In this document: positions 15,203-26,794 of the stretch, piece after piece
Layout of the letters: every line of letters starts with the position of its first letter
How positions within the stretch are numbered: position 1 is the stretch's first letter
DNA from: Lingula anatina
Taxonomy: Eukaryota > Animalia > Brachiopoda
Length of the DNA stretch: 64,000 bases
Direction: 5' to 3'
Assembly: GCA_051362555.1 (NCBI GenBank)
Contig: CM120642.1
Span: forward strand, 32,054,001 to 32,118,000
Made by a program: the position numbers and the translations under genes
The notes under the pieces: generated by a model
Database searches by the model: none
The model's input: the letters and a program-made list of their open reading frames with translations, nothing else
What the model was told of the DNA's origin: nothing

Positions 15203-17115
15203 TTTGTTTGTTTGTTTTGTTCTCGATTGACTTTGTTGAAAAGAATTGGACATGCAATAAATTACCTATTTGACTACATACAAATTTTTGCAAACAAGAG
15301 CCTGAAGTAGACATACTATAACATGAAAGGAAAGGGAGCTTTTATTATACAAATGTATCATAGACTTCTTTGTTTGCATGCTAGTAAATAGAAGTATTCA
15401 AGCTGGATTACTTCATACATATTGCAAAATCTTTGACTACAAAAATTACAATAGCAGAAATTTAAATCATTGGAGTAAAGTTCAGGCTTTAAGTTGTCTG
15501 ATGCTACGGATAACTTGTTACTTGTTGTCTAATGCTGTGACTTTCTTGTTTACTTGTTGTTTAATATTGTGACTTTCTTGTTTACTTGTTGTCTAATATT
15601 GTTTACTTGTTGTCTAATGACTTACTTGTTTACTTGTTGTCTAGTGCTGCGACTTACTTGTTTACTTGTTATCTAATACTGTGACTTACTTGTTTTACTT
15701 GTTGCCTAATGACTTACTTGTTTAGCAAAGAAGATCTTGTCCAGCCTGCTGTCCTGTACAATTGACCCTGAGGGCTCTGTGTCTCCTGTCCACTTAAACA
15801 GAAATATCAGGCCATGCACTGGGCTGGAAAATCATTTGAAAAAAATCCTTCTCAAGTAGATTTAAACCAAGAAAATACACTTAAATTTCCATACACACAC
15901 ATATACATACACATGCATTGACACACATACACACACACACGTGCATACACGCATGCACGCACGCACACACACACACACACACACAGTACATCCCACAACA
16001 CTCCCACGCACAAAGACACACACTAGACAGCTTTAATCTATTTCAGAACTAGACAGCCCTTGTGAGACACAGTATCATATTGACAAGCATTATTAACTCT
16101 GAAAATTTTGTGTACTCATACTCATTGTACTGAACCCTTTCATTTTACAAAACACAGCAGAAGAATATAAATGAGAACACTTACCGCAGATTTTGAAAAC
16201 TGTCATCATCTAAACTCCACAGCTCTTCCACTTGTATTCCCTTCACTCCTAGAAAGAAAATTTATATTTATTCAGGTAACGGCAAACATGTACATGATGT
16301 GGCTGTGTTTATACTTAAGCCAATTTTAGATGTCAACACTAGTAAGTGCCAAACACAGTGGTGCAACTTGACCTATCTTTTTCAAGGCTTTTTGAAACTT
16401 TGATTGAAAATAGTACTGAAATGCTTTTTTAGGTTCAATTTTCGATCATGAATACTTTTTTAGCCATGACAGTTTCACTACATTCTGGATTAGACTGAAC
16501 TTGTTTTCCTCTTACTGAAAAGTCACCCATCTATTTGTTGAATAAAATCAATCTTCTTAAAGCTTTTGTGCCCAGGACAGGAGATGGTTTGGTTTACATT
16601 TTATGAGGTATAAAGGACTTACATATAGAGAGTCAGATGTAAAAGCAAGATGTGAGACCGTCCCATGTGGCACAGGATTTTTTGGAACTGCCTACGAATA
16701 CGATCTCAATAACGCATCAGATTAACCACAAATGAGGATAAGAACAAAAATGTGCGTTTAAAAACCAACTTTTCTATGAGAAACACGTCGTATTTGCAGC
16801 AGATTTAATTTTCACTTCATAACGACATGTGGATTTAACAAAGGTATAAGACGGGGTAGATATAGTATTTCGTTTATACGGTATGGATTGGAAACAAAAA
16901 TGTGGACACCAGTAGCCAAGTAGAATGAGAGTGCAAATTATTCGGAGATAATAAAGACATATTTGTCGTCAGTATAAGGGGTTATAATGATGGTTTTTGG
17001 ATCAGTAAAATCACTTGATCGCACTGCTAGTTAAATACTCACCAAACCCCCTGATGAGTTCGGTGAAAACGCCAGGATCACTTTCTATTGTGCACCAGTC
17101 GCCGGCGGAAGCCAT
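11558..17115 (-). CDS. UCHL5: Ubiquitin C-terminal hydrolase L5 (UCH37), multi-exon
   Basis: ATG at 17115 gives [25 protein letters not shown]. Later exons give [40 protein letters not shown] (catalytic Cys), [29 protein letters not shown] (catalytic His and Asp), [14 protein letters not shown] and [21 protein letters not shown] (ULD). The last exon ends [25 protein letters not shown] at 11558. Confidence 0.96.
13235..13445. repeat. 15-bp minisatellite (about 14 copies, GATCAGTGGATATAG-like) in a UCHL5 intron
   Basis: Tandem units are directly visible. They produce the spurious repetitive ORFs 13105-13455 and 13244-13549. Confidence 0.9.
15510..15722. repeat. Degenerate ~30-bp tandem repeat (GACTTACTTGTTTACTTGTTGTCTAAT...) at a UCHL5 5' splice site
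   Basis: Repeated units are visible. On the minus strand several contain ACAA|GTAAGTC, identical to the real donor. Confidence 0.8.
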
Positions 17116-17140
17116 GTTGGTTCAAGGTCGCTCTACAGAG

Positions 17141-17160
17141 TTTCCGCGCAATGACGTCAC
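17141..17160. promoter_or_regulatory. UCHL5 proximal promoter with a palindromic CRE (TGACGTCA, 17152-17159)
   Basis: Perfect CRE/ATF palindrome about 40 bp upstream of the ATG, in a locally CpG-rich patch. Confidence 0.45.
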
Positions 17161-17733
17161 TGCCGGCCTTCCCAAGCCATTCGTGGACGTTTTTTCCCAC
17201 TACTGTTTTCTGCTGATAATCAACTAACATTCACGTTCTTTCACTTTTAGATGGCTGATCTAAAATGGTTGCAGTAAACAAGAGGTTGTTTCATATTATT
17301 TTGTGTTTTATAATGGAACTGTTGCCGTAGGTTTATCACTCGCGGCTGTCACCTTGATTAGTCAACCTCAAACCACATTTAAAAACGACTTTAAATTGTC
17401 ACACTTGTTTATCATAGTGAAAACGAAATCAAAATCAATTAAGAACGTTTATTGTCTTAAAATCGCCATATAGTATGCCCCATAAAGTCTGCTAAATATT
17501 TCAAAGCCACCTTGTTCAAAGCCTAGACCCTACAGTATCATATTTTAAAGCCTGTATGCTCAGCTGATCAGCCTGATCGTCTTTTTTCCCTCCAATATAG
17601 TAGGCCTACATGTAGACTGGTTTTGTATTTTTTTGTAGTTTTATGTGGTTTTTGAGTTGAACAGTCATGGTGACAGCCGAGAATGGGAGAATGGCATTTT
17701 AGTAGTGGATCAGTAGGGCCTATAGATGGGGTA

Positions 17734-18041
17734 CAGGGGCGGATCCAGGATTATTTGAAAGGGGGGAGTCCGCGGATGCGAAGCCGACCACCCCTGCACC
17801 CCCCCCCCCCCCCCATCCCCAGAAGGGCCCCAGATTTTGTTTCTTTTTTCTTTCTTTATTTATTTTTTTTTGGGGGGGGGGATATTTTAGAGGGCGAACG
17901 GTGCCATTTGGTATAAATCAGCTAGTTAAAATTCCTAGTCCAAGAAGGGAATATTTAGTGTGATTTTTTTTTTCAAAAACCGAAGGAGAGGGGGTCAGGA
18001 ACCCCCTGACCCCCCCCCCCCCCCCCCCAAATCCGCCACTG
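17734..18041. mobile_element. Non-autonomous DNA transposon (MITE) with 5-bp TSD
   Basis: TIRs CAGGGGCGGAT...ATCCGCCACTG, internal poly-G/poly-C tracts, and GGGTA directly flanking both ends. Confidence 0.75.
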
Positions 18042-18825
18042 GGGTATAGGCCTATATGGCGATTTTAAGAAATTCGTTTTACATTATAGGCCTACTGGTA
18101 GCCTGCTAAATCGTTGTCATTTTCAATGTGTGAGACTATATTGTGGTATTCTTAAGTCGTTTTATTTATACATGTAGTTTAGCTTCACTGATCGATTGAG
18201 TCATGCTGTGCCTACTTGCCTATATGTCTGGGCAATATATGGATTTTTTTATGAAAACAGCTATTTCATTTCTCTCTCTCAAACTTGCTGGCCTACCTCT
18301 CTACATGTAGGCCTACCTGTGACTTCAAGCAAAACTCAAATACAGGTACCGCACTCTACTTCTAACAACTGCATTTTAACTATAAAGGTAAAATTATCAT
18401 GCAGAATATGGGCCTATTTGACGATCAATTATAATAAATTAATGTATAGACCTATACCTTATCAATGTTTTGGCTTAATTGATGCCCCTATGGGCCCTAT
18501 ATAGGGCCTATGTGTCTACACATTGACAAATGCAACTTATTGCTTATCATTCGAGAGGGAAAGGGAGTGAAGTCAGCAGATTTACTATCGGGCTTTGTTT
18601 AACCAATGAAGCGGAGGGGGAACACGTGCCTTTTCTTGCGCCCATGGCTCTAGTGACTTAATTGTCTTAAATGAGAACACGAGATGATTTCATGGCCTTT
18701 CTTATATTCAGGTATTTTAAGATAGCAAATGTGGCATGGGGTTATAAATTGTGATGTGCAACTTCAAAATTGACCCCTAAATATTAAAATGCCAACGTGA
18801 CATTTAGCATGCATGAGCAGCACTT

Positions 18826-19076
18826 ATTTCCAAGACATCCTACGCACGGGACTTTTCCCGTTTCGCTTTTAGTTTTATCACAGTGACTTTGATCTAGGCC
18901 AGGCTCATTCGTATCCATGGATTTTCCATTTTCCATTTCGAAACCTGGAAATTTTGCAGCTATTTTTGCATCCAGCCACAGCGCAAGTATATTTATATGT
19001 ATGAGCCTTAGAACGAAACTCCTCAGTTGCAGAGACGAACTGCCTCATACCAGTGAAAAACGTATAAAATGTAAGT
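18826..19076 (+). promoter_or_regulatory. Promoter and non-coding first exon of orphan paralogue 1
   Basis: kB-like GGGACTTTTCCC (18848-18859) abuts IRF-like GTTTCGCTTT (18860-18869). Further kB-like GGATTTTCC, TATA-like TATTTATA (~18990), Inr TCAGTT (19023-19028) and donor GTAAGT (19071). The block is homologous to 22742-22967. Confidence 0.7.
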
Positions 19077-19399
19077 AAGCTTTTGCTATGGTACGCTCTA
19101 TATAGACTTCTGGTAGGGATGTAGCTACTACAGGGCTCTGTTACGAGGAACATCCTTGGAAGTGGGTAGCCATCAGGCATTGTGGGTGTATCAGAGGCGG
19201 GGGGGGGGGGGGGGGAGGATTTTTTTAGGAATGACCGGCTTCGGATTCGAAGCCCCTTTGGCGTGGTATTCAGGGCCCGCTCAGGAGCTTTGATTTTTTT
19301 TTTTTTTTTTGAAAGGCAAACAATTGCTTTAGAACTATGATTCAGCTAAGATCAGCGTAGTTGAGATGTCCCTAGAAATACGTTCTTTGGTGTGATTTA

Positions 19400-19433
<34 letters not shown>

Positions 19434-19628
19434 CAGAAACCAAAGGGGGGGGGGGGGGCAGGAACCTCCGAATTGAACCTTTTTGGGAAAGAACTTTTTC
19501 ACCTTTATTTTACAAAAATTATTAATACTCAAGTAAAGAGAGTTATAGGCTTACTGCTAGCACAGTGGTGAGTTTGACATTAATTGTGCTAAAACATTTC
19601 AAAAATTTTTTCAGTAAGTGGTCGTGAA

Positions 19629-21139
19629 ATGGGAGGTATCTTCTCATGGAGTCGATGGGTGAATGGAGACAAAGATCCAAACACAGCTCTGAACGCTGGG
19701 CCTAGCCCGTCAGAATATGAGGAAGCCGAATATAGAGGAACTGAACCATCGGCACCAAAATCGAAGAAATTAAAAGGTGATGGAAACGGCCTGCCCGAAT
19801 ACAGAGGTGGCGAGCCGTTGACATCAGAGTTAATACAAGGCACTGGAGCGGACTCGTCTGAAAGCAATAAAGCCTTGCAGAAAGTAAAAAACGGACTTTA
19901 CAACGTCAAGGTGAGGTGATTTGAAATTAGGACATTTACTAATTAACAAAAGAAATGAATCTGTTGGTCCTTTTGCCAGTTAAACTATGTAATTGTATAT
20001 AAATAATAGTATACTGCATGTTGAAATTTACTTGAGAAATTGCGGTGTGGCAGGAATGACAGATTGTCAGAAAGGGAAGTCCCCTCTGATTAGTACAGAG
20101 TATGGACACAAGTCTATTGGTCAGTAAATGGGGCGAATGATCATGACCAAGTGGCACTTATAATAAGTCACTGAAAATGGACCATATGGTTCCATTCCTG
20201 TCACACCTCAGCATATGCAACGTATGCGAAATATGTACAATAAAAAAATTATTTGGTTCTTTATTACGTCATAGGTATCGCGGCATGACGCCACAGAGCT
20301 ACAGAGAAAGCTGGAGGGGGAGTTGTTTAACAAGTGGGAGGAAGGCTGTGAAGTCATGGAAGCCAAAAGGATCCCAGTTGCCAACATTACGCCGTTCCTA
20401 GATCACATGCAGGATGCCTATGAAGGTACGTTCTAACTTTCTCTCTGTATTTCTTTTATAATGATTACATTTTATTAACCTTATTTCTAATTAAAGAGAA
20501 AGTATTTCAAGCGCCATCTCGAGGGAGGACGACACCCGAAAACTTCGTTAATGAAAACAATATTTCTGGTAGAACCCCCCCCTCCCCCCAGTTATAAAGT
20601 GGACGTCCTTCAACATTTATTTCTTGAGATTCAGTAAGTGCGTCTTCGCTAAGACTGTGCCGTTACTAGACTTTTATGAAACAGATAATAACATTTATCT
20701 CCGTCATATTACAGGAATAAATGATGAAATGCGAAATAAGATGAACGGAATCCACTGGGCAGAGGAATGGTCTTACAAGGTCATGGAGTTCAAGTATAAT
20801 CAGAAAGACAACTCGGGGGCTCGCTACGGCATGGTAGCGTTCGGCAAGTCAGACGACAACCAGTTCGTGGACTGCATGTACGTGTTGTATAAGATGGACT
20901 TCAAGATCGCCCCGCAGAGAATTATTACGAAAAAGAAGCACAGTGCGTTGCTGGGTCTCTTCAAATGGACAACCACCGAGGAGAAGATCGTGGAACGAGA
21001 GATCGGCGCCAAGTCCATCAAAATGCTTCAGAACTTCTTCCGCGTGAAAGCGTTACAGGGGTTCTACAAGGAAGGTCTTATAGATTGCATCAACTACGTA
21101 CCATCACTTGAGGACGTGGACGAGAACGACGTACAGTAA
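19629..21139 (+). CDS. Unrecognised protein, paralogue 1 (~285 aa; coding exons 19629-19910, 20275-20425, 20715-21139)
   Basis: The three exons join in frame with canonical GT/AG sites (282+151+425 nt). Sequence: MGGIFSW...NKALQKVKNGLYNVK / VSRHDATELQRKLEGELFNKWEEGCEVMEAKRIPVANITPFLDHMQDAYE / GINDEMRNKMNGIHWAEEWSYKVMEFKY...LIDCINYVPSLEDVDENDVQ. Exon structure is conserved in the second copy. Confidence 0.88.
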
Positions 21140-22355
21140 TCGCGGAAGATTCCTTTGGGAAACTTAACTGATTTCGCATGTCCAGGGTGGGACATCTAAA
21201 ACGATAGACGGCGTGTAAAATAAGCTTAACGCAAAAAAAAAAGAAATAAAAAACAGTTATTTACCCCTCTATTACTCAGATCGTCCTAGTCTGTTGTTAA
21301 TTACGCAAGCCATTTAAAATACCTGTGGTTTTGTTTATTTAATTTTTCTTTATGAAGGTCGAATTGCCTTTTTGTGACGTACGTTGTTTTCACTTGAAAT
21401 CCATACGATACTATAGTCCACAGGTGTACTAATTATGCTTGTGACTGTCTTTTATGAATCCAGATGTTTATCACTTAGTTCATTTCAAACGTGATTCATT
21501 ATGTTCATCTTACTTAGAGTCTGCTTTTTTATGAAGAAATTAATTTTAGAACGTAATTATCATTCCTAATTAAGATATATTTTCATTCCCATGTATCTTA
21601 TAAGCGCATAGATAATGTATGAGAATGCTATAACACAAAGACAAATTAACTGGAAATCTCGTTATGGATTCAATAAACCAGTTAACAAACAAGAAAACTC
21701 TGCAAATACTTGGGAAATATATTCAGCAGTGCAGGTTATAAGTGACACATCTACCCAAAAGATCCAACATTTGACGATGAATGTCATGTCATCTTGACTC
21801 AGAGTGCACTCCCCCCCTCCCAACATTTTTACAAAAAAAAAATATAATAATAATTTGGTGGTTAAAAGACTAATTAGCAATATAACAATATGGTGGCTAA
21901 AAGGCGTTACTTACTTCAAAGATGAATAACTTTAACAAGATAATGCAATGAAATGTGGGATATTGTAGGAAAATGATGTTTTAGATAAATGCCAAAATGT
22001 TCAAAACTCTATACCTTTTTTAGTTAATTAATATGTAAATTAAAAAAACATTCCGGTCTATGTGAGTTCTGTCAGGTACCAGTGCTTGACAGTTTCCACA
22101 CCGTGACTTGATATCTTTATATTTAAGATACGTTATCTGGGTTCCCCCTCAGTGCTGTATGATTTGCGTACACATGTGTCTGCATATTGTCAAATGCAAC
22201 TTAATGCTTAATAATAGCATTTATTTATTAAAACAGCATTCGAGGGGGAAGGGGACGAGATCAAAAGTTGCATCTCTCAGACTTGTTAAAGGAAAAATAA
22301 AAGAAAATGCTTGTGATGATGGAATGCCTTTCCATAAGCTTCGGAAGTCCCCCCC

Positions 22356-22386
<31 letters not shown>

Positions 22387-22741
22387 ACACATTAAAGTAC
22401 AAGTTGCAAAACGAGTCCAAACTAACCAAAATGCCCATTTCTGAATTCCACAAATATTTGGGAAACAAAAAGTGCACTTCAAATACATTTATTGAAAGGA
22501 AAAAAAATCTTGCATACACCCTCCTTACCAAGATCTTGGATTGATCAGTGTATGTTGCGTACGTAAATTATGATAAAACATGTCGAATCTGACTCATGTT
22601 TTGAGATGAGAACACATTATGATATTCAAATATTCCCTGGAGAGTGCGCGCGCGTGCGTGTTTGTGTGTGTGAGGGGGGGGGGGCAGTTATAAGGTGAGG
22701 TCATTTTGCATAATACTGATCCCTAAATGACTGCGTATCTC

Positions 22742-22967
22742 TTCCAAGAAAGTCCACTCACGGATTTTCCCCGTTTCACTTTCAGAGTGTTATTACGTAA
22801 TCACTGACTCATTCCTGGAAACCTGGAAATTTTGCAGCTATTTTGCGCATCAGTAAAATTTCCAGCCACAGCGCAAGTAGCCTATATATGTGAGTCTAAG
22901 AACGGAACCCGTCAGTTGCACAGCTGAACCGTCTTCTATCAGTAAAAAAACGTATAGAAATGTAAGT
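22742..22967 (+). promoter_or_regulatory. Promoter and non-coding first exon of orphan paralogue 2
   Basis: GAS TTCCAAGAA (22742-22750), kB-like GGATTTTCCCC (22762-22772), ISRE GTTTCACTTTC (22773-22783), TTACGTAA (22793-22800), AP-1 TGACTCA (22805-22811), GAS TTCCTGGAA (22812-22820), TATATA (22883), Inr TCAGTT (22912-22917) and donor GTAAGT (22962). Confidence 0.72.
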
Positions 22968-24098
22968 ATACATTTGCCAAGGCAGCATTCTGCCAGGGTC
23001 GTAGCTAGGGTTTTATCACGGGGTAGTCTCACAAATATCCTGGCTACATCCCTGCCAAAATGCTATAGCCGTTACGCTGTCACGGGGAGGGAAAGCTCGA
23101 CCAGAATTTTGTACAGATGTATCCCATATGTAATATGATTTCGAAAAGGCATTAATTATCTTTTTTATTTATTTTAGGTATTTTCAGTGGTTTTCAGTGT
23201 GTGTATCATTCTACACTATGTATCAATTTATAAATTGGACAATGGTGATTTGGTGCATTTTTAGGTTCATGTTGTTCATTCTCAGAAAATAATACTATAC
23301 GGGTCGGGCCGTGCTGTAGGGATGTTTTGTTGTGTCGCTAACCATTAGCGAATATTATGCTGACATTTTATACTATTCGATCTATTCATTGCAATATTAT
23401 ATCAAGTGCTTAATGAATGCTTCTCCAGCTTTACCGATTTATGAATGAAAACCCGACATGACGGTACGAGGGACTTATAGACAGGAGCTGACAATCATTT
23501 TTCAATGATCGACCTGTAGGTCATAACGGGCCAATGGCAGTAGGCCTACCCTTTTTTGAAAAGCCTTCTCCAACCCGAAGCTAAGGCTCTCGTCCTTTTT
23601 TTTCGCTACGGTTGTCTAGGAATGTAGGATCTAATTGCCGTGTTTTTTTACACGGATTAAAAGATTGAATCATTTAACACTGAATTTATTCCCCGTTGAG
23701 ACGGTGCTCTTATCTCGCAATATGCTAGTTTATGTGAAGTAAGCTAGGCTACATGTACGATACATATGGTTTCATTAATTTAAGTACATTTTGCATCTTG
23801 TGTCCCGCTACATTTATTTTATTTGTGTTTTTTCTTTCTCAGTCGATTGTTTTGGGTGATCGCATGCCGATGTACGAGCTTTTTTTTACACCGACTAGGC
23901 TTCCTCCTGGAATTGAATTAGGCCTACACACCACTTTACTTACAGATCCAATTTGGGCCTTGTTGAAAGGGACTTCGATTTTTTCCCAATGTTATTATTC
24001 TTAATAACTATATCCGAGTAGAATATTTATATGCCGACTGCTAGGAAAGCGTTGGGTTTAACGTAACATTTAACATTTTTCAGTAATTAAACATTGAA

Positions 24099-25891
24099 AT
24101 GGCAGGTCCCATGACATCGACGCCGCAATATAATGCAATGAACGAAGACCTCAGAAACCTCAACGCAGCTCTAGACCGCGGAGCAGACCCGACTGAAATC
24201 AACAAAGCCTTGCAGAAAGTGAAGAAGGGACTTTACAGTGTCAAGGTGAGGTAACATTGGAAGTCAGGACATTTGCTTAACAAAAGATAATGTCTGTTTT
24301 TTCATTGTTTATTTAAATATTATTATCTTATTTATTTATTTATTTTTTTTTGGGGGGGGGGGATCAGCTCAACCATTGAATACCATTTAATAAGACATTT
24401 CGCAAGCTTTCTCAACATACCACATGTTTGTGAAATCTGAAAAAGAAACACACACACACACACACACACACACAAGTAAATGAATAGCTGCAGATAACCA
24501 AACAATGAAAACAAAATGTATGGTTCTTTTTTACGTTGTGTCATAGGTATCGAGGCATGATGCCACAGAGCTACAGAGAAAGCTGGAGGGGGAGCTGTTT
24601 ACTAAGTGGGAGGAAGGCTGTGAAGTCATGGAAGCCAAAAGGATCCCAGTTGCCAACATAGCACCATTCCTTGACCACATGCAGGATGCCTATGAAGGTA
24701 CGTTTTAAGTTCCTGTCTGTATCTCTTTTCTAATGATTACATTCACTAATCTTCATTTTGTTAAAGAGAGATTACGAATTATTATTTTCTTTTCTGCGTC
24801 CTTGATATTGTGGATCTAACAACCCACTATCTTTCTATCCCTTTTATAAAAATATACTGCTCATTAAAATAGCCTTTTATTTAATTGGCGATATGTACGA
24901 TCATAAAAGAACTACTTATTGTCGACAGACATTGGACATACATGAATATTCTGTCAATTGATTTGTAATTCGACAACATCACTTAACTGTAATCCCGTGG
25001 TAGAGGTGTGAGCATGTGGGATTATTTCAAAATAATAAATAATGTTAATTGGTTCGCCAGATTTTCACAGGGCAATTTTAGATACAACGAGGTGGCGGTG
25101 GCGGGAAGTGTAGGGCAAAACAATATCGTTTTCTTCTTGAGTTCACCCGTCATGTGTGGTAAAAGTGTCCTATAAAATTGTTCTGGTTGTTGATTTCCCA
25201 TTTGCGGATTTAGGGGGGGGGGGGGGGGGGGGGGGGTCAGGGGGGTCCGCATTTGCGGCATGTCATTCCTAAAAAAATTAACCCCCTTTCAAATAATTAT
25301 TTTTTATTTCGAAATTCTTGGCCAACAAGTGCTGTGTGCACGTGATAAGTATTTTTTGTATTTTTGACACAACTAAAGCATCTTTGCTCAGACTTGTCTG
25401 GTTACTGGTTATTGCAGCATCTCTCCATGAAGACTTATAATTGTATTCATTTCCATCATATTACAGGGATAAACGATGAAATGCGAAAGAAGATGAACGG
25501 AATCCACTGGGCAGAGGAATGGTCTTACAAGGTCATGGAGTTCAAGTATAATCAGAAAGACAACTCGGGGGCCCGCTACGGCATGGTAGCGTTCGGCAAG
25601 TCAGACGACAACCAGTTCGTGGACTGCATGTACGTGTTGTATAAGATGGACTTCAAGATCGCCCCGCAGAGAATTATTACGGAAAAGAAGCACAGTGCGG
25701 TGTGGGGTCTCTTTAAATGGACAACCACCGAGGAGAAGATCGTGGAACGAGAGCTCGGTGTCAAGTCCATCAAGATGCTGCAGAACTTCTTCCGCGTGAA
25801 AGCGCTACAGGGGTTCTACAAGGAAGGTCTTATAGATTGCATCAACTACGTGCCATCGCTTGAGGACGTGGATGAGCACGAGTTACAGTAA
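24099..25891 (+). CDS. Unrecognised protein, paralogue 2 (~240 aa; coding exons 24099-24245, 24547-24697, 25467-25891)
   Basis: In-frame splicing (147+151+425 nt). Starts MAGPMTSTPQYNAMNEDLRNLNAALDRGADPTEINKALQKVKKGLYSVK. Exons 2 and 3 are nearly identical to paralogue 1. Confidence 0.88.
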
Positions 25892-26154
25892 TCGGGGAAG
25901 ATTAACTTGTATGTCGTTTGTTAGAAAGCGCGAGTTATGAACTTTATATGTAGAATGTAATTAAAAACTTATCAAAACTATTGTCATTTAACCAAGCGCA
26001 GTTACATTGCCTTTAACTCTCAGTACGTGTAATCAAAGAGTTTCAAACTCCTTGGTGTTAGTCTGTCGTAACTTATGAAGGACAACTGAAAAGCATTTTT
26101 TCCTTCGGAAACTGATATATATATATCAGATTAAAAAGAAATGTATATCAAAAG

Positions 26155-26594
26155 CAGGGCCGTAGCCTGAGCAAAATGCTAGGGGGGTCAGTAAGCGGAC
26201 ACGAGGGGGCAAAGCCCCCGAGGGGGAGGGGGAAAATTTTAAAAACTGTATGTATAATACTGCATTCTGGTGCATATTAACTGCATGTTATTTATTGCTC
26301 AATCAGAAGTCAGAAATTGTGGGTTCATTTTGCCATAAGTACAGTCATTTTTTCAACACAACACGCCAATTAGACTTTTTTGGCATGAACTGAGTTGGCT
26401 AAAAACAGTACACCTTTGTAAACAGATTGTTGAATGATTGTCTTGTGGCCATGAGTGCATTTTCTCGCAGAATTGATACCAACTTTGCAATTTTTTTTTA
26501 CCTTTGCGATTATTTTTTTTGCACCTCAAATCCCGGGGGGGGGGGGGCAGCTGCCCCCCCCCCCCCCCTGCCCCCCCCGGAGGCTACGGCCCTG
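26155..26594. mobile_element. MITE with 13-bp perfect TIRs and 5-bp TSD
   Basis: CAGGGCCGTAGCC...GGCTACGGCCCTG, with AAAAG on both sides (26150-26154 and 26595-26599). Confidence 0.85.
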
Positions 26595-26794
26595 AAAAGT
26601 ATAACTGGAAAACCCGCTCTGGATGTAATAAACTAGTGAACAAACAAACAAACTCTCTGTTCATTTGAAAACGCGTCTCAGTTTAATTAATTAAAGGAAT
26701 AAGAACGATCACTTCATGTATAATTACAGGCCTACTTTGCAGTGAGGAAAAATCTTAATTTAGTAATGTCTTTTTTTTTATTTTTTCAAGAATT

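Noticed and set aside
19191-19480. G-rich and T-rich MITE-like fragments (also ~20500-20590 and ~25060-25320)
   Set aside because: No paired TIRs or TSD could be defined. They are probably degraded repeats and are not reported as features.
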